Positions 62,833 through 64,000 of a DNA stretch of 64,000 bases are shown piece after piece; positions within the stretch are counted from its first letter, which is position 1; each line of letters opens with the position of its first letter. The DNA is taken from contig CAYPKR010000001.1 in the NCBI GenBank assembly GCA_964411375.1, positions 358,629 through 422,628 of the forward strand, given 5' to 3'. The DNA is from an uncultured Candidatus Saccharibacteria bacterium. Lineage in GTDB: Bacteria; Patescibacteriota; Minisyncoccia; Phycocordibacterales; UBA12088. The notes below the pieces were generated by a model that did not search any database, was not told the origin of the DNA, and saw only the letters and a program-made list of their open reading frames with translations. The translations under genes were made by a program, and so were the position numbers.

Positions 62833-64000
62833 ATGAACATAATCGGCGACCCTAAGCTAGGTATATTCAGGGCGTGCCTTGGTATATTTTTTATTAGTGG
62901 GATTCTATTCCACGCTTCTCCTCTATTTGCCGATAGTTATCCAACGTATGCTCCAGGCGTTCAGATCACTATCGGAGAATTTGTATATAACGACGATTTT
63001 TCTCCGAGCACCGATGATTGCACGATAACTGTTTATAATCCATCGGGAACAACAGTGGTGAGTGCAGTCACCATGACTGCAAATGCAAACGGATGGCATT
63101 ACTATGCTTTTACTCCTTCAAGTATTGAGGGAACATGGCCCGCCTTCATTTCGTGCGGCTCAACTCTTACCGGAGATTTGATAAAGGAAGACAAGACATT
63201 TCAAATTAGTTCATATGTCGTTTCCTCGACGACCGTTGCCTCCCTCGTAAACGCAAACACCAACTCAGTCGTCACTTCCGCTTCTTCTTCGCTCCCTGCA
63301 ACGGTGTGGAATTACACATCGCGTACACTTTCATCGTTCGGCACGCTCGCGACTGATGTATGGAGCGCGACGACTCGGCTACTCACGGGCGCAAGTATTA
63401 CTGGCGGTTCACTCGCGACACTTTCTGATGTTCAAAACGCTACTTCATCGATTGCCTCTGCAATTACTACCGCTTCAAGTTCGGTCGCGAATAGTGTGAA
63501 TGGAAATACTAATTCGCAAACGAGCGGTATTACATCGGCGGTTAACTCACATACTGATTCAGCACTGAATACCGCAACTTCTTCTATCCAATCGGCAATT
63601 ACGACCGCCTCATCGTCCGTTGCAAATTCAGTAAATGCAAACACCAACACGGTTGTTGGAAATGCTTCCTCCTCATTGTTTGCGATGCTTCCGTCAGCAA
63701 TCTGGTCCTATAGCGCACGCACCCTTACTTCATTCGGAACATTGGCAACTGATGTGTGGAGCGCAACCACACGCCTCCTCACGGGTGCCGGTATAACCGG
63801 AGGTTCTCTCGCAACACTCTCTGACGTAAATTCAGCCTCGAGCTCAATTCAATCTGCAATCACAACCGCGTCATCGTCCGTTGCAAATTCAATTAATGGC
63901 AACACAAACTCGCAGACTTCGGGAATTACTTCAGCCGTAAACGCACACACTGATTCTGCACTCGCAACCGCAACCTCATCGGTCGCAGCAGTTGTAAATG
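62833..64000 (+). CDS. large secreted Ser/Thr/Ala/Asn-rich repeat protein (3' end beyond window)
   Basis: Signal peptide MNIIGDPKLGIFRACLGIFFISGILFHASPLFA. Repeats of about 123 aa (...TVWNYTSRTLSSFGTLATDVWSATTRLLTGA.ITGGSLATLSDV...SSVANSVNGNTNSQTSGITSAVN.HTDSAL...) occur at least 2.5 times. The frame is open to the window end. Confidence 0.55.
   Translation, partial: MNIIGDPKLGIFRACLGIFFISGILFHASPLFADSYPTYAPGVQITIGEFVYNDDFSPSTDDCTITVYNPSGTTVVSAVTMTANANGWHYYAFTPSSIEGTWPAFISCGSTLTGDLIKEDKTFQISSYVVSSTTVASLVNANTNSVVTSASSSLPATVWNYTSRTLSSFGTLATDVWSATTRLLTGASITGGSLATLSDVQNATSSIASAITTASSSVANSVNGNTNSQTSGITSAVNSHTDSALNTATSSIQSAITTASSSVANSVNANTNTVVGNASSSLFAMLPSAIWSYSARTLTSFGTLATDVWSATTRLLTGAGITGGSLATLSDVNSASSSIQSAITTASSSVANSINGNTNSQTSGITSAVNAHTDSALATATSSVAAVVN

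Noticed and set aside
1-64000. CRISPR arrays, IS/transposase, integrase or recombinase genes
   Set aside because: I looked for short regularly spaced direct repeats and for DDE, tyrosine-recombinase or serine-recombinase motifs in all longer ORFs. None was found. The only repeats are the tRNA-associated hairpin families and the protein-coding tandem repeats at 62833+.

Overview
This 64 kb window reads as a segment from a low-GC (about 45-48%), small-genome bacterium with CPR/Patescibacteria-like gene content: a short IF-2, a short DnaX, a TatA/TatA/TatC set, type IV pilins with a DprA gene, and many small membrane and hypothetical proteins. Housekeeping genes present are infB-rbfA, clpB, a cysteine desulfurase, topA, serS, miaA, dus, dnaX, relA/spoT, parB, rpmG, an ftsQ-like gene, and a pyrE-like/pyrF-like pair. 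I fold eight tRNA genes by hand: Lys-CTT, Leu-TAA, Cys-GCA, Tyr-GTA, Trp-CCA, Leu-CAA and Gln-TTG, all on the minus strand except Lys. No rRNA, CRISPR array, transposase or integrase was seen.

Accessory and unusual content:
1. A tandem array of seven small two-TM VirB2/TrbC-like 'pilin' paralogs at 1276-3970.
2. Two pilin-domain fusion proteins, one carrying a lytic-transglycosylase-like C-terminus, with a 55-nt identical gene-conversion tract (19076-21617).
3. A membrane-anchored ClpB/ClpA-like AAA+ protein whose first ATPase domain is catalytically dead, coupled to a small membrane protein (37336-40189).
4. A HEPN + Mrr-type nuclease gene pair beside tRNA-Gln (48765-49567).
5. A Zn-ribbon/DUF4145 protein framed by palindromes beside tRNA-Tyr.
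6. A high-GC island encoding an SPFH/band-7 protein plus an NfeD-like membrane protein (4040-6700).
7. A PNAG-like exopolysaccharide locus (GT2 synthase, deacetylase, UDP-sugar dehydrogenase) next to a two-component system.
8. A Tat-associated cluster (Tat-signal protein, paralog pair, acidic protein, tatC, tatA x2) followed by a giant repeat-containing secreted protein that runs off the window.

The most unusual non-coding signal is a family of structured elements around the tRNA genes. It comprises a 44-nt module present twice identically plus a third diverged copy with compensatory changes, and inverted partial copies of tRNA 3' halves interrupted by covarying CCC-triloop hairpins. It also includes perfect palindromes whose one arm is the tRNA 3' acceptor strand.
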